Of a DNA stretch of 64,000 nucleotides, positions 61,919-64,000 are shown piece after piece (the stretch's first letter is position 1; each line of letters opens with the position of its first letter). The notes beneath the pieces were generated by a model. It saw only the letters and a list, made by a program, of their open reading frames with translations. It was not told where the DNA came from and did not search any database. The translations under genes were made by a program, and so were the position numbers. Source of the stretch: Desulfatiglandales bacterium (GTDB lineage Bacteria; Desulfobacterota; DSM-4660; Desulfatiglandales; Desulfatiglandaceae); contig OY759599.1 in assembly GCA_963662465.1 (NCBI GenBank), positions 288,001-352,000 on the forward strand. Direction: 5' to 3'.

Positions 61919-64000
61919 TTAAAACCGAATTTGGTTGAAATTCATGTGGTCAAGCGGCACTGTTTTCAACCCCTTTTTTACGGGTCCAACTGACCCCGTT
62001 GACACCTCATTTTCATCCAAAAGATACCCTTCAACCATTGCTTCGATCAGTCCCGGGAATTCCTTTTTCTTAAAGTTCGGGAACTGCTCTTTGATGATTT
62101 CGATAATGTGGTTCACAACCCCTTTTTCGTTTTTAACAAAATCCCGCTGGCTATATTTCATTGGGTTTGCTTCGATCTCGTAATACAGAATTGCAAACAG
62201 TTTGCCTCGCCTTTGGGATTCCAGTGCCGCATATTCCAAAGTCCCGGCTTCGGTTCGTTTGAAAATCAATTTTGATTGCAAGCCAGCTGCGTAATTCGTT
62301 TTCACGATATCGAATGCGATATATCCACGGGGGTCGTCAATTCCATACCGCTGACATTCCGTCTCTGTAACGCCGGTCATGCCGGCAACCCAGCGGCAAC
62401 CGTCCACAATTGCAGACGCTCCACGGCTCATATTCTGGTTCATAGTCGCACCATTGGCTTTTGATACGTGGTGCGAAAACAAGATGGTGAGATTGAATTC
62501 TACGGCCAGGGCTTCAAGGCATGAAATCCATTGGGTGCTGTGATCGTTCGAGTTTTCGTCAAGTCCATAAAATCTTGACTTTGGATCTAAAATCAACACG
62601 TCCAGGGGGTCATGATTTTTGATCGTTTGCCGCAGCCATTCCCAATGTTTTGACCTTACGGGGTTATTATCAGCCAATTCCATAAGGGGGCCTAGACGGC
62701 CAACAACAGACACCACATGTAAATTAGTTGGGAATACGCCTGTTTCGGGCGATATCGTCCACAAGCGGCGGTCCACTTCGACCTGGGGGTCTTCGCCGCA
62801 TAGCATCAAAACTTTTAATTCCTGCGTAACTTTAAGGGGTCCAATGCCGGTTCCGTTCGCCGCGCCGTAAGCAAATTGCTGAAGGAAAAATGTTTTTCCG
62901 GTTCCGCCAGCGGCCATAAGTCCACCCACGATTCCCCTGGTTAATATGGGGCGTCCATAATATTCGAGCAATGCGTCTGGGATTGGTGGCGCCTCTGTGA
63001 TATTTACAGCTGTTTGTTCCGGTGTCAGCGGTGGGAAATCGTCAAATTCTTCAGTGCTAGATTCTTTTTCACCAATACATTTTGAGCAATCAAAAGCGCT
63101 TCCGGGAAATCCCATGCCTTTCATGTAGCTGCAATGGAATGCTGCATCCGCATCGCCTGATAGATAAGCAAACATCTCCTTAAAGTGCTGCAACCGTCGC
63201 TCGGGGGTGGTATATGTGCCGGAATGCGGGTATTTTTCCAGAAACGGCCATACAACGCCGATAGTCCGTTTTTCATCGTAACCAGCGGTGATGAAATATT
63301 TACAAAGATTCAAAACCAACTTATTGAAATTCGTCTTTTCCGTTGTCGGGCATGCTGTCAGAACATAACGGATACATGGTGGGATTTCTTTGGATATACG
63401 GGCCTTTTCGTCTTCTGTAAGCGGGTCAGCCTCCACCTTTTCGGACTGCTCCCGGTAAACGAACTTTTTAGCCTCAAGAAACATGTCGGCCAGGTCCACG
63501 CAAACATCCGGCGTGTCGTCGTCAACGTCAATATTCCTGGGGGCCTTGGTGAGTTCGATCAAAGCCACTTCGGGCAGGTCTTTGAACTCCTCAAGGGTAA
63601 GGGGTACTTTATAACAGCCATTGGCGCGCTTGACATTGGGTAAGCGCCACATGCGGCCACGCTTCATATTAAAGACAGCCATGTCTAATGTGGGCAGATT
63701 AAACGATGTTTTCAGCTCTGCGGCCAGACGCTTGTAAATCTTCGGCAACAACGGATCGCCGGCGTTCGCGCCGAAACACTCCGCCGGGATCTCGACGTGG
63801 ACCCCCTTTTTCCCACTCATGAAAAAACGGAATTCGTACGGGTCCGCTCCATAAAGGTCTGATAGATGAACAAGCGTCAGATCCCGGGCGTTTTGAACCG
63901 CGCCGGGTCCGTCGAAGTCAAGGCAGAAATCTCCACATCTATGGGGTTCCGGGGCGCCGCTGTTCTCCCATGGCTTTGAAACGCTCATGTTGGTGATGAA
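61919..64000 (-). CDS. Primase-polymerase (AEP) fused to RepA-like AAA helicase, possibly 5'-partial
   Basis: CLDFD, SGKKGVHV, RMWRLPN; AAGGTGKT, ILDP, HHVSK, RGASA; frame is open to the window edge. Confidence 0.88.
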   Translation of the reverse strand, partial: FITNMSVSKPWENSGAPEPHRCGDFCLDFDGPGAVQNARDLTLVHLSDLYGADPYEFRFFMSGKKGVHVEIPAECFGANAGDPLLPKIYKRLAAELKTSFNLPTLDMAVFNMKRGRMWRLPNVKRANGCYKVPLTLEEFKDLPEVALIELTKAPRNIDVDDDTPDVCVDLADMFLEAKKFVYREQSEKVEADPLTEDEKARISKEIPPCIRYVLTACPTTEKTNFNKLVLNLCKYFITAGYDEKRTIGVVWPFLEKYPHSGTYTTPERRLQHFKEMFAYLSGDADAAFHCSYMKGMGFPGSAFDCSKCIGEKESSTEEFDDFPPLTPEQTAVNITEAPPIPDALLEYYGRPILTRGIVGGLMAAGGTGKTFFLQQFAYGAANGTGIGPLKVTQELKVLMLCGEDPQVEVDRRLWTISPETGVFPTNLHVVSVVGRLGPLMELADNNPVRSKHWEWLRQTIKNHDPLDVLILDPKSRFYGLDENSNDHSTQWISCLEALAVEFNLTILFSHHVSKANGATMNQNMSRGASAIVDGCRWVAGMTGVTETECQRYGIDDPRGYIAFDIVKTNYAAGLQSKLIFKRTEAGTLEYAALESQRRGKLFAILYYEIEANPMKYSQRDFVKNEKGVVNHIIEIIKEQFPNFKKKEFPGLIEAMVEGYLLDENEVSTGSVGPVKKGLKTVPLDHMNFNQIRF

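Larger units (their letters stand above)
45616..64000 (-). mobile_element. Integrated phage-satellite-like / defective prophage element at tRNA-Leu (far end outside window)
   Basis: Integrase abutting the tRNA 3' end, primase-helicase, iterons, terminase genes, S49 protease. Confidence 0.85.

Overview
Chromosomal window from a Desulfobacterota-like (deltaproteobacterial) anaerobe, judged from gene content, with three zones. (1) 1-9.3 kb is a minus-strand integron cassette array with three attC sites and no intI in the window. Four group II intron copies sit in it: two IIB-type introns inserted in sense just after the attC R' core, whose EBS1 loops visibly match those cores, and two IIC-attC copies inserted antisense in R''. 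All four are defective (ORF-less, truncated, or RT broken by a MITE). (2) 9.3-45.6 kb is mostly housekeeping: IS4, a cysteine synthase-CysRS fusion with a degenerate synthetase site, groESL, MNT-HEPN, Fe-ADH/SCP2/AOR, orphan dnaK, kdsA-kdsC-lptCAB-rpoN-hpf-ptsN, gap, tpiA, secG and tRNA-Leu. (3) 45.6 kb to the end is a phage-satellite-like element integrated at tRNA-Leu. It has an integrase, primase-helicase plus iteron origin, lambda-like cos plus TerS/TerL, and an S49 protease and neighbour carrying repeated scaffold-like motifs, but no portal, capsid or tail gene in the visible part. It also has a 1.5-kb mosaic of phage DNA-binding-gene fragments each centred on a palindrome. Two IS elements interrupt its terL and helicase. 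All calls come from reading the sequence; no searches were run.
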